Positions 40,154 to 49,218 of a stretch of DNA of 64,000 nt are shown here, one piece after another (position 1 is the first letter of the stretch; each line of letters begins with the position of its first letter). Under the pieces are notes generated by a model that was not told the origin of the DNA, made no database searches, and worked only from the letters and a program-made list of their open reading frames with translations. Both the position numbers and the translations under genes were made by a program. The stretch is from an uncultured Ruminiclostridium sp. (GTDB taxonomy: Bacteria; Bacillota; Clostridia; Oscillospirales; Oscillospiraceae). The stretch lies in assembly GCA_964420085.1 (NCBI GenBank), contig CAYQRI010000001.1:31372-95371 (forward strand). The letters are read 5' to 3'.

Positions 40154-41107
40154 TTACAAAAGATTGACAATAGCGCGGCATTTCGGATAGTTTGAGCAGC
40201 CGTAAAATTCTTTTCCGGCATTTGCCCCCTTTGTAGCCTTCCGTTTCACCATGACGGCACCGCACTTTTGGCAAAGAATCTGCTCCGCCCTTGCTGTCTC
40301 TAAAGCAGGGGGCTGTTGGTTGGGTTCCGTTTCCAAGGTTGATGCCTGCTTTTGCACCGTAAGAGCCTCTCGAAATTTCACTGTATAATCAATCTTTTCT
40401 TCCTTGTTTATGTCAAGGAAAAATTGGGCAAGGGCTTCCATTTCCTTATCGCTTCTCGATTCCGCTTTGGACTCTGCATTGGTTTTCCGAATATGCTCCG
40501 CCAGTTGATCCGCACGAATGACCTGCTGGCGGATTTCTTTCTTTGCATAGCGGTCATAGAGTACTGTTTTAGGATTCGCAAGCACCACAATTGAACGGTA
40601 ATTGTCAAAAAAGTATTTCTTAAACAGGGCTTTCGTCAGAAAGTTTCCTCTTTCTGCACTGCGTATTTCCTTAATCAGTTCCAGATGACGGCGATTTTGT
40701 GTAATCGGAGAATAGATGCCCTCTTTTTTTGTTTGGTATCCGTATGTGATGGTTCGAATAAAATCACCGGCGTTGTTGATTTCAATATTCCCATAAAGGT
40801 TCTTACACTCAACAACAAAGATCAGTTTTTTTGTGATAATAAGGTAATCAATCTGGGCAGTGAGACCGCCGTATTCCAAAAATAGGTCATGCAGAACAAG
40901 CATGGGAATGTGGCTGTTCTCTAGTTCAAAGTGCACCGTCTGCTCGCCAAAAATACCAGCATTGACACGCTTGATTTCCTCGTCAATTTTTTCTGCCAGT
41001 TCACCCGTTGCTTCCCTGCGCAGCTCCTGCAACGCAGTCAGCTGCCGATCTGCCTCGCTGTTATCTTTTAGAAATACTGGTTCTTTCAGTTTGTCAAATA
41101 AGCCCAT
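40154..41107 (-). CDS. NERD nuclease-domain protein with C-terminal topoisomerase-type C4 zinc ribbon
   Basis: GEQ...QIDYLIIT...VVECKN (PD-(D/E)xK-like), SPITQNRRH, CQKCGAVM...GKEFYGCSNYPKC. Confidence 0.88.
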   Translation of the reverse strand: MGLFDKLKEPVFLKDNSEADRQLTALQELRREATGELAEKIDEEIKRVNAGIFGEQTVHFELENSHIPMLVLHDLFLEYGGLTAQIDYLIITKKLIFVVECKNLYGNIEINNAGDFIRTITYGYQTKKEGIYSPITQNRRHLELIKEIRSAERGNFLTKALFKKYFFDNYRSIVVLANPKTVLYDRYAKKEIRQQVIRADQLAEHIRKTNAESKAESRSDKEMEALAQFFLDINKEEKIDYTVKFREALTVQKQASTLETEPNQQPPALETARAEQILCQKCGAVMVKRKATKGANAGKEFYGCSNYPKCRAIVNLL

Positions 41108-41297
41108 AGATCATCCTCATTGGGCAACTCCATCCAAAGGATTACAGAACCTTACGGCTCTGCATCGATTTTCCGACGGCTTCACCCATCATTCATCCTT
41201 TTTCTCTATTATATACTTTTTCACAAACAGTTGCAATCACTTACACCACAAAGTAGGCATGATTTTCATGCATCTTTACGCAGTATAACAGCAAAGT

Positions 41298-41328
41298 AAA
41301 AGCCGGAGGTGTTCTACCTCCGGCTTTT
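41298..41328 (-). terminator. Terminator after the amidase gene
   Basis: AAAAGCCGGAGGT-gttct-ACCTCCGGCTTTT. Confidence 0.7.
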
Positions 41329-41336
41329 AGCCCCCT

Positions 41337-42074
41337 TCACTTTAAATATAGCTTCACCGCTCGTGCGGCCATAATCGCCGCCTGATACCGTGGCATCAGC
41401 TCCATCGGATCTTCTCCGTCTGTGATGCCCAGCTTCTTGGCTTCCTCCAGCTCCTTCTTTGCCCATTCTGGTATAGGCTGCCCTTTCAGGTATCCGTTCA
41501 GCTTTTGATAGATTTCTTTTCCGTCCATAGCTTCCTCCGTTTCTCCATCCAAAATGGCATTTACTTTTTGAGCAATCTCTCCGTGTCGGCTGTAAAGCCA
41601 CTCTCCGGGGCAAGCTTTATTCGCAAACCATCGGTGCACTGTCATATTCTGGAGCCACGTCTTTCCAATGAGTGACTCATCTCCCTTCCATTTGAGCCGC
41701 TGTATCGCCGGATTGCGGCGGCAAATATCAACCAGTAGGTCAATGAGGGCAGCGTAGGCTTTGGGTGTGACGGCATAGGGGTGTGTGGTGTCGCTTGCCA
41801 CCTCGATGGTAATGCTGCGTTTATCGTTCTCATAGGACGACGTGCACATAGAGGTGTCCTTTTCTTCCACAAACAGAGCAATCTGTCCATCGAATCCAAT
41901 GCCATAGTTTGATGAGGCTCGGCGGGATTTTTTTGCAAAGATACTACCAAGCGTTTCAACGTGGCATTGCCCCACCACGCAGTGGATCGACACAGTATCT
42001 ATCCTATTCCCGCCCCTGCCTTTGTACTGATTCGGCGAAATCAGCCGATATGTAGCCAGAGGACTATTCCCCAT
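41337..42074 (-). CDS. N-acetylmuramoyl-L-alanine amidase (Amidase_2) with short SLH-like tail
   Basis: IHCVVG, SSNYGIG, SITIEVA, TVHRWFANKACPG; C-terminal PEWAKKELEEAKKLGITDG...PRYQAA. Confidence 0.85.
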   Translation of the reverse strand: MGNSPLATYRLISPNQYKGRGGNRIDTVSIHCVVGQCHVETLGSIFAKKSRRASSNYGIGFDGQIALFVEEKDTSMCTSSYENDKRSITIEVASDTTHPYAVTPKAYAALIDLLVDICRRNPAIQRLKWKGDESLIGKTWLQNMTVHRWFANKACPGEWLYSRHGEIAQKVNAILDGETEEAMDGKEIYQKLNGYLKGQPIPEWAKKELEEAKKLGITDGEDPMELMPRYQAAIMAARAVKLYLK

Positions 42075-42436
42075 TCTGTTTCTCCTTTCCGCCCATGGTT
42101 ACACCTTCCAGAGATCTGGTCGCTTTTCTTCTCAGGGTGACCACGGTGCTTGCGTCTCATTTCAGTGCAGAAAGTATCATACAGACGCCACAAAATTCTA
42201 TGATTCTAATGTGGGGAATATTCACTCTTTCCATCTATCTCTTCTCTCCGAAACTTCATTAAAAAATAGAGAACGAGATACGGCACCTGCGCACGCATCT
42301 CCTTTTATAGCTGTCCCAAAAACGGGCATACCGTATCAAAAAAGAAGCCATCGTCTATGAGAATACATGCGCATAGACAATGGCTCCTTTTCGTCGCTTG
42401 CATAAAATTCACTTCAGATGAAGGAAGCTGTCGTTT

Positions 42437-45400
42437 TCAGGTATTCAGCAGCTCCTGCCAATCGGCCTCCGTCAAGCCCTGCAGGGCGACACCACCTGAA
42501 ATCACGCCCTCAGCAAGCTCTGTTTTTTTCTCTTGCAGCTGCATGATTTTTTCCTCAATGGTCTTGCCGGTAATCAGCCGTATGACCTGCACAGGATTTT
42601 TTTGTCCCATCCGATACGCTCTGTCTGCCGCTTGATTTTCCGCCGCCGTATTCCACCACGGGTCATACAAAATCACGATGTCAGCCGCCGTTAAGTTCAG
42701 TCCCAAGCCACCGGCCTTTAAGGAAATCAGAAAAACATTGGTGGCATCCTTCTGAAATTTGCCGACCAGCTCTTGCCGCTTCTCTTTGGGCGTAGAGCCT
42801 TGAATGGTATAGGAGGAAATCCCATATCGGTCGAGCCTATCCCGTAGGATATCCAGCATGGAGGTAAACTGAGAAAACAGCAACACCTTATGTCCGCCAT
42901 CTACCGCTTCGTTCACAAGCTCCATACAAAGCTCCAGCTTTCCATTTTCTCCTTTATAATTTTCGTAGCAAAGCGAGGGATCGCAGCAAATTTGGCGCAG
43001 TCTGGTCAAAAGCGCCAAGATTTCCAGCTTACTTCTTTCCAGCTGTCCTTCTGCAATCACACGGTTTAAGCTGCCTTTTGCTTCCAGCAATGCTGCTGTA
43101 TACAGCTTTTTCTGCTCCCCTTCCAGATCAATCACCCGTATACTTTCTGTCTTGGGCGGAAGCTCCTTCAAAACCTCTGACTTCATGCGGCGGAGCAAAA
43201 ATGGTGCAGCCATTTTTTGTACATTTTCCAATGCCTTGGCATCTCCATCCTTAACGGCTGGAATTTCGTATCGCTCCTTGAACTTTGCATAGCTGAAAAA
43301 ATAGCCGGGCATCAGGAAATCAAAAATACTCCAAAGCTCAGAAAGCCTGTTTTCAACCGGCGTTCCGGAAAGCGCAAAGCGGTGTGCTGCTTGGATGAGC
43401 TTCACCGACTTCGCTGCCTTTGTCTTTGCGTTTTTAATCATCTGTGCTTCATCTATAATTTGATAGTCGAAGCGCACAGCTTCATAGAACATAATATCTC
43501 GCTTGAGCTGGTCGTATGAGGAAATTAGCACCTGATATTCTTTTGAATTCGCAATGATTTCCTTTCGCTCGGCCAGTGTCCCCACAAGTGCTTTCACTTG
43601 CATTTCGGGACAAAAGCGATTGCATTCACTTTTCCAGTTCAGAACCAGAGAAGCGGGGCAAACAACCAATGCAGAAAGACTTCCCTTCTCTAATTGGACT
43701 GCACGCAGCAGAGCAATGACCTGTAGTGTTTTTCCCAGCCCCATATCGTCTGCCAAGAGTCCATGAAACCCGTTTTCTGCAATACTTCTCAGGAAACGAT
43801 ATCCATTTTTCTGATAGGTTCTTAAAATCGGATTCAATTCCGGCGGGATGCTCCAATCGCTGTCCTCAGAGTTTTTCATATTACGAATCAGGGCACGCAG
43901 GCTGTCGTTTCGGTTATACTGCAAGCCCTCTCGCTTTTTCAGCATTGCATCGAGATACATAGCACGATAGAGCGGGAGTTGAATGGTACCCTTCTCCAAG
44001 GCCTCGGCCTTTAGGTCTAAATTCTCGGAAAGCTCCGCCAGCGTTTGCAGATCAGCATTCTCCTCTGTATTAAAATAGGTGCCATCTTTCAATCTGAAGT
44101 ACTTCCGTTTTTGCTTATAGGCCTCTAAAATTCCCTTCCATTCATCCATGGGAAGCTCTTGTGTCTCCAGATTCAGCTCCAGCAGCTCGGACTGTATCGA
44201 AACACCAAAGCTAATCTTTGGCACGACAGGTTTTCCGATGCGTGCCAACCGGTCAGATATTTCAATTTCCGCAAACTCGGAAAGATACGGAAGCGCATCC
44301 TCCAGAAAATGATAAATTTCTTCATCATCTCCTTCTAAGAAGAGGGTCTCCTCCTGTACCACCGGGAGCCACTGCTCCACATTGCGTACAAACCGCAGCT
44401 CATCGCCGAAGTTTCTGTGCTGCAAATCCTTTGGATTTTCCTTAATGGGATTGAAGGAATTTTCACCATAACGGATTTCCAGCTCTGCAACAATGGTATT
44501 GGCATCCTCTGCATCCAAACGAATGGAGAAATCTGGTTTGTGCGGAAGATAGTCCTCAAGCTCCTCTGTATCACCCGTTAGCTCTATAAATTGCTCAATT
44601 CTCGGGTATACCGTATAGAAAAAGGTTTGAATATCGTCCTTCGACAGCTGGAACCTATTCTGGTCATTCTGAAGCAACTGCAAAAGAGGCTCCATCGCTT
44701 CTTTATAGGCACGGTCTGTCTTATATAGCTTCTCATTTTGGATCAAATAGATCGACGAAACACCATGGATGCGTTCTATATCTGAAACGACCAGCCGTAT
44801 CCCCTCATCCTCTATCTTTTCAACAAGAATGGGGAGCTTTGGATTTTCTTCAAGAATTTGCAGGCTCCTTTTATTTCCATTTTTCCCCTCAATGGTGATA
44901 TCTTTTTCTCCTGCTATGTGGGAGTCCAGCAGCTTATCCATCAGCCAAGGGGTCACCGCAAGCTCTCCCCCAATATTTTTTCTGCCATAATAGGAATTGC
45001 TGCTCGAGCCACTGAGTGCACTGCAATATTCCAAAATCGCACGAAGCAAGCCACGATCCTCAGGTGCGATATCGGAAAAGCGATGGACGAAATGGAATTG
45101 TTTTCCATAGGCAAAGTCTTCCTCATTTTCGAAAAGCTCCACTAGCTTCGTAAAATCACGCACCACATATAGCTTTTCCCTGCCGATTGACAGTTTTAAA
45201 TAATAGCCATCATAATATCTCACAAGCTGAGTAGCCAAACGGACGGGCTGATTTGACCCCTGCGACGGATCATAGCTTTGTTCCTTTTCGACATATCGTT
45301 GGATTAAGATATTGGCATCTTCACTTGTAAAGAAGCCCTTTGGTTGTTTTCTCATATCAGAAACGGCGAGAAGCATAGCGACGATATGCTTACAAAAGCC

Positions 45401-45643
45401 ATCATAGGAATGAATGGCAGGACAGGTACAGGAATAGTCATCGACCTCCCCCTCCGAGTCCAAAAAAACAACGGGACGATAAAGCTCCGTACCCTGCACC
45501 ATCCCGAGATATCTGGTTGTTCCATCGGGAAGCTTCATGGTTCTGATTTCTTCAACGGCGCCCTCTTCATAATAATCCCATCCTTTTTGATAGGTCTTTT
45601 CTTTATATACATTGCTTTTAATTTGAGCAGCTAGGTCTTTCAT
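42437..45643 (-). CDS. SWIM zinc finger plus SNF2-family helicase
   Basis: CTCP...CKHIVA (SWIM), LADDMGLGKTLQ, DEAQMIKN, GTPVENRLSELWS, LISLKAGGLGLNLT, DRAYRMGQ. Confidence 0.95.
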   Translation of the reverse strand: MKDLAAQIKSNVYKEKTYQKGWDYYEEGAVEEIRTMKLPDGTTRYLGMVQGTELYRPVVFLDSEGEVDDYSCTCPAIHSYDGFCKHIVAMLLAVSDMRKQPKGFFTSEDANILIQRYVEKEQSYDPSQGSNQPVRLATQLVRYYDGYYLKLSIGREKLYVVRDFTKLVELFENEEDFAYGKQFHFVHRFSDIAPEDRGLLRAILEYCSALSGSSSNSYYGRKNIGGELAVTPWLMDKLLDSHIAGEKDITIEGKNGNKRSLQILEENPKLPILVEKIEDEGIRLVVSDIERIHGVSSIYLIQNEKLYKTDRAYKEAMEPLLQLLQNDQNRFQLSKDDIQTFFYTVYPRIEQFIELTGDTEELEDYLPHKPDFSIRLDAEDANTIVAELEIRYGENSFNPIKENPKDLQHRNFGDELRFVRNVEQWLPVVQEETLFLEGDDEEIYHFLEDALPYLSEFAEIEISDRLARIGKPVVPKISFGVSIQSELLELNLETQELPMDEWKGILEAYKQKRKYFRLKDGTYFNTEENADLQTLAELSENLDLKAEALEKGTIQLPLYRAMYLDAMLKKREGLQYNRNDSLRALIRNMKNSEDSDWSIPPELNPILRTYQKNGYRFLRSIAENGFHGLLADDMGLGKTLQVIALLRAVQLEKGSLSALVVCPASLVLNWKSECNRFCPEMQVKALVGTLAERKEIIANSKEYQVLISSYDQLKRDIMFYEAVRFDYQIIDEAQMIKNAKTKAAKSVKLIQAAHRFALSGTPVENRLSELWSIFDFLMPGYFFSYAKFKERYEIPAVKDGDAKALENVQKMAAPFLLRRMKSEVLKELPPKTESIRVIDLEGEQKKLYTAALLEAKGSLNRVIAEGQLERSKLEILALLTRLRQICCDPSLCYENYKGENGKLELCMELVNEAVDGGHKVLLFSQFTSMLDILRDRLDRYGISSYTIQGSTPKEKRQELVGKFQKDATNVFLISLKAGGLGLNLTAADIVILYDPWWNTAAENQAADRAYRMGQKNPVQVIRLITGKTIEEKIMQLQEKKTELAEGVISGGVALQGLTEADWQELLNT

Positions 45644-45712
45644 CCCGATTCCCTCTCCTTCACTCCCCTTGCGTCAACGTGCTACCTTGGAATAGGGAGT
45701 AACGATCTATAT

Positions 45713-45875
45713 CTAGGGTCTGTTTCTCAAATCCCTAAAGTGCAATTTCACCACCTTGCCTTGCATATTTTCGTTAAAAGACCTCGCCTTAGCACCACTA
45801 AGGCTGCGTTTTTGCCTCGATCTGCAAGGCAATTTGGCGAAATTGCATCTTTTAGACTTTAGAAATACACCCTAG
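45713..45875. mobile_element. ~155-bp MITE-like palindromic element flanked by CTAG
   Basis: CTAG at 45713-45716 and 45872-45875; imperfect TIRs GGTCTGTTTCTCAAATC and GGTGTATTTCTAAAGTC (rc); nested internal inverted repeats. Confidence 0.6.
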
Positions 45876-45995
45876 TTATTTTATCACGCAAACAGAAAAT
45901 AATCTACCGTCCCACAGCGATACTTTTCGATAAGAAATCCACCAAAGACAGGCGGTGTGGTGCGCATCTGTCTTTGATGGATGATAAGTAATTCT

Positions 45996-47720
45996 TCAAG
46001 AGAGCTGTCTGAATAAAAAGGTCAAAAGCTGTGCTCTTGTGCACGCCCCTTCCGGCTGAAAGGATACCCCCGTTATTCCGTTTGTAATTCCTTTTTGTGT
46101 CGCCCAGAGAACCGCATCATAAAAATAGTCGGTCTCTGCCACATCTTCAAATGGATTCCTGCGGTTTTCCTGCTGGGCACCTGAGAAGCGCCATTGCAGC
46201 GTTACTGCTTGACCGCGTGTCAGCGTTCCATTCGGCTCGAAGGTACTGCTCCCCTCCACCAGACCACGCTCCACCGCCCAAAGAACGGCATCATGATAGT
46301 AGGCATCTGCTGCAACATCTCGAAATGGCGTTTTCGTTATCGTAGGCTTGGGGCTTCCGTTGGCTCGCCATAAAAATGTGACAGCTTGGGCTCGGGTTGC
46401 AGGCGCAGCGGGAGAAAAGGTCGTGCTTCCGGCACCTTCGGTAATGCCCTTCTTGAGCGCCCATTGCACGGCATCATAGTAAAAGGCTTCCTTGCTGACA
46501 TCTGAAAAAGGAAGCTCGATTGGTAAAGGAGATGGTTCACGGGAGCATAGCATATTGAGGTAGTGCTTTGGTGCATGGGCGGCGCCGACTGCCGAAAAAT
46601 CCACGGTATTCAGCAGGGCATACAGGGCGTACATGCCATTCTTTTGTTCATTCACTGAGGCAGGGGCTACCTTCGAAGTGGAAACCACATGCTCTGCCGT
46701 GCCCTCAGCGACGGCAACCTTCCCATACTTCTGTGCAAAATATGCCATCAGCAGCCTTTGATATCCATTTTTGTAATAGGCTTCTTTGCCACCCAAAATG
46801 GTATCTATTCTCATTAAGAGTGCTTGATTTTTGGCGTTATTTTCTTTGCTGCTGGCGGAGACTAAATACAAATCCTGTCCATATCGTCCATAGCCCCAAT
46901 CCTCTGACGGAAGCATTGTTACAAGGTCACCATCGTGCAGAATATTAAAAATATTTTGATTGACTGTCGCCACATCGACACTGGTGTTGGTCGTTGCGTT
47001 TGGTGTCGCAAAGGTATAGGCAAAGACATTCTGTGGTCCCACACGAGCGTTGAGTGCAGCTCCCACCAAATTGGAAACGGCTGCCGCTCGGCTGTAGCCA
47101 GTCACCCAATAAATGACCTCGCCCGTGGTTTGCGTCTGCGTCAAATAGGCATCCATTCTATCTAAGACCAGCGAAGCTGCGTAGGCAAACCCTGCATGAT
47201 CCTGCGTCAGCGTTCCCTCATCGCTTACGATTTGAAAGTTCCCTGCCCATTCGGCCTCATAGCCACTGCCGCTTATCACAATAGAGACCAGCGTTTTTGT
47301 CTGACCTGCTGCATTTGTCACGGGTTTGCGTCCGATTGCCGACGCAATGGAGGACGTGGTAGGCTTTGTATCATAGGCATCAAAACGCAAGTCCAAAAAG
47401 CCTGCCTGCTTGAATGTACCTTCGATATTTTTATGCTTGGTGTCGTAGCGCTCACTTCCTCCATCCGCACTGCGGAAGCCTGCCATAGCAAAGCCCAAGG
47501 AAAGCACCGCCAGCTCATGCTGATAGCTGAATGAATTGCCAAAAAAATAGTGATCCGAATATCTAACCATTTCTGTCTCTTCTCCATCTGTTTTTGGAAA
47601 CACAATGGAAACCTCCTTGGTCTGATCTGCACTGCCGGAGGTCACGCCCACGGCAGCGACTGAAGCTGTGGAAATCAAAACGCAAACGGCCACCAATAGG
47701 CTTGTCCCCCGTTTTTTCAT
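45996..47720 (-). CDS. Secreted lipase-3-like alpha/beta hydrolase with three SLH domains
   Basis: Signal peptide; WVTGYSRAAA nucleophile elbow, YTFATP, DLVTMLP, HAPKHY; C-terminal FSDVSKEAFYYDAVQWA-type SLH repeats. Confidence 0.8.
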   Translation of the reverse strand: MKKRGTSLLVAVCVLISTASVAAVGVTSGSADQTKEVSIVFPKTDGEETEMVRYSDHYFFGNSFSYQHELAVLSLGFAMAGFRSADGGSERYDTKHKNIEGTFKQAGFLDLRFDAYDTKPTTSSIASAIGRKPVTNAAGQTKTLVSIVISGSGYEAEWAGNFQIVSDEGTLTQDHAGFAYAASLVLDRMDAYLTQTQTTGEVIYWVTGYSRAAAVSNLVGAALNARVGPQNVFAYTFATPNATTNTSVDVATVNQNIFNILHDGDLVTMLPSEDWGYGRYGQDLYLVSASSKENNAKNQALLMRIDTILGGKEAYYKNGYQRLLMAYFAQKYGKVAVAEGTAEHVVSTSKVAPASVNEQKNGMYALYALLNTVDFSAVGAAHAPKHYLNMLCSREPSPLPIELPFSDVSKEAFYYDAVQWALKKGITEGAGSTTFSPAAPATRAQAVTFLWRANGSPKPTITKTPFRDVAADAYYHDAVLWAVERGLVEGSSTFEPNGTLTRGQAVTLQWRFSGAQQENRRNPFEDVAETDYFYDAVLWATQKGITNGITGVSFQPEGACTRAQLLTFLFRQLS

Positions 47721-47750
47721 GGGTTTCCTTCCTTTCTAAGCAGAAATGCC

Positions 47751-48164
47751 TCACGCCAAAAGTCCCACCACAACGCCGAGGGCAAACCCGGCAATCACTT
47801 GAAAGATATTGTGACCACAGACCTCTTTGATGATATTATAATCGAAGTTTGTTAAGTCATTCAATTTCTCATGCAATTCGTTCAAAGCCTTCGCTTGCAG
47901 TCCGACAGATTGTCTGACCCCCACGGCATCATACATCACGACAAAGGACAAAACCACACACACACCAAACAGGGAGGAATATAGCCCCTCAACTAAGGCG
48001 ATTTTGGTCGTTGCCGCCACCACAAATGCCGTATGGGAGCTGGGCATTCCTCCCGACGACATCAAAATTCCTAAATTGAATTCTTTCGTTTTAATGCATT
48101 CAAGAACGATTTTTATGAGTTGTGCAATAAACCATGCTGCGGCCGCCGTTAGTATGATGTACAT
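47751..48164 (-). CDS. Divergent PAP2 family protein (DUF212)
   Basis: AQLIK, SSGGMPSSHTA, VMYDAVGVR, GH...QV..G. Confidence 0.9.
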   Translation of the reverse strand: MYIILTAAAAWFIAQLIKIVLECIKTKEFNLGILMSSGGMPSSHTAFVVAATTKIALVEGLYSSLFGVCVVLSFVVMYDAVGVRQSVGLQAKALNELHEKLNDLTNFDYNIIKEVCGHNIFQVIAGFALGVVVGLLA

Positions 48165-49194
48165 ATCCGCCCTCCACCTGCTTCATACAATAATTTCGGT
48201 TTCCATTCATGCGGTAGACTTGAATGAGCTTTTTTCCCATCTCTCGCATACTTCGGTTCTCTGCGACCTCTAATCCCTCCTCCGTCAGGGAGGGCAAGGC
48301 GTTTGCAAGGATGTCCTCCGTCAAGGTCTGAAACTCTGCAAGGGAGCTGCCCTTGTAGCAATTTACACCGCTTTGGAGCCAGCCTTCGTAGACGGGAATA
48401 TCCCGAAGCAAGACAGGAATGGAGCACGCCAGCGCCTCCAGCACAACAATGCCTTCGGTTTCCTCGTGGCTGAGAAAGGCGAATAGATCTGCACCGCAGT
48501 AGGCATCCCGAATGACTTCCTTATCAACGAAGCCGGCAAACAGAACATTTTCGGGTGCCTGACGAACGGCTGTCTTCACAGCATTGGTCATCAGGCTTTC
48601 TGCTGTTGCACCAAACCAGATAAATTTGAGGCTCGGATGCTTGCTTGCTAGGGCAAGAAAATCCAGAATTCCCTTTCGCTCAATCAAATGTCCCGCAGAA
48701 ATGACCACCTTTTCATCCTCTGCAATGTGATAAGCGGCACGAAAGCGTTCTCTTGCCTCTGGTGTTCGTTTAAAATATGTAGTATCGATTCCGTTTGACA
48801 GTGCATAGATCGGCTTTTGAATGCCATAGCTTTCTAATATTCGTTTGGAGTATTCCGTGGGGGTGATCACGATGTCACCCAAGCTATAGCAAAAGGTGAT
48901 CCATTTTCTAAAGAGAGGAGATAAGAGGTTTGAGCCTTTGATGGAATTGCGGAAGTCCTCCTCTGTGGAATGCCCGTAATAGACCACGGTTTTCTTTTGC
49001 CGTCTCGCACGCAGAGCAGCGAGCACAGATTTGGGAAAAACGGTATTGATATGAATGGTATCCACAGCGGGGGACGGACGTTCCTCCGTGGATATTCCCA
49101 CCTGCTTGAGCATTTCCTTTTGATGCAGAATGGCCTTCCCGACCCCACTGTTTTTTACCATGGGGTAATCCCCCATGTATAATTGCACAGACAT
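48100..49194 (-). CDS. Glycosyltransferase family 4 (diglycosyl-DAG synthase/CpoA-like)
   Basis: SGVGKAI.HQ, HSTEEDFRNS, SNGID, ETEGIVVLEALA, LLRDIPVY; GGAGG RBS. Confidence 0.85.
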   Translation of the reverse strand: MSVQLYMGDYPMVKNSGVGKAILHQKEMLKQVGISTEERPSPAVDTIHINTVFPKSVLAALRARRQKKTVVYYGHSTEEDFRNSIKGSNLLSPLFRKWITFCYSLGDIVITPTEYSKRILESYGIQKPIYALSNGIDTTYFKRTPEARERFRAAYHIAEDEKVVISAGHLIERKGILDFLALASKHPSLKFIWFGATAESLMTNAVKTAVRQAPENVLFAGFVDKEVIRDAYCGADLFAFLSHEETEGIVVLEALACSIPVLLRDIPVYEGWLQSGVNCYKGSSLAEFQTLTEDILANALPSLTEEGLEVAENRSMREMGKKLIQVYRMNGNRNYCMKQVEGGYVHHTNGGRSMVYCTTHKNRS

Positions 49195-49218
49195 TTTAAT
49201 TGCCTCCATCCTCTCTAT

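Noticed and set aside
40154-45643. NERD, amidase and SNF2 as a prophage or multi-gene defence operon
   Set aside because: Separated by terminators and long gaps; no phage structural or integrase genes; SWIM-SNF2 is common in Firmicutes chromosomes.
48100-48164. 65-nt overlap of GT4 and PAP2 suggesting a frameshift
   Set aside because: Both domains look complete, and the PAP2 gene has its own GGAGG RBS; a simple C-terminal extension explains the overlap.
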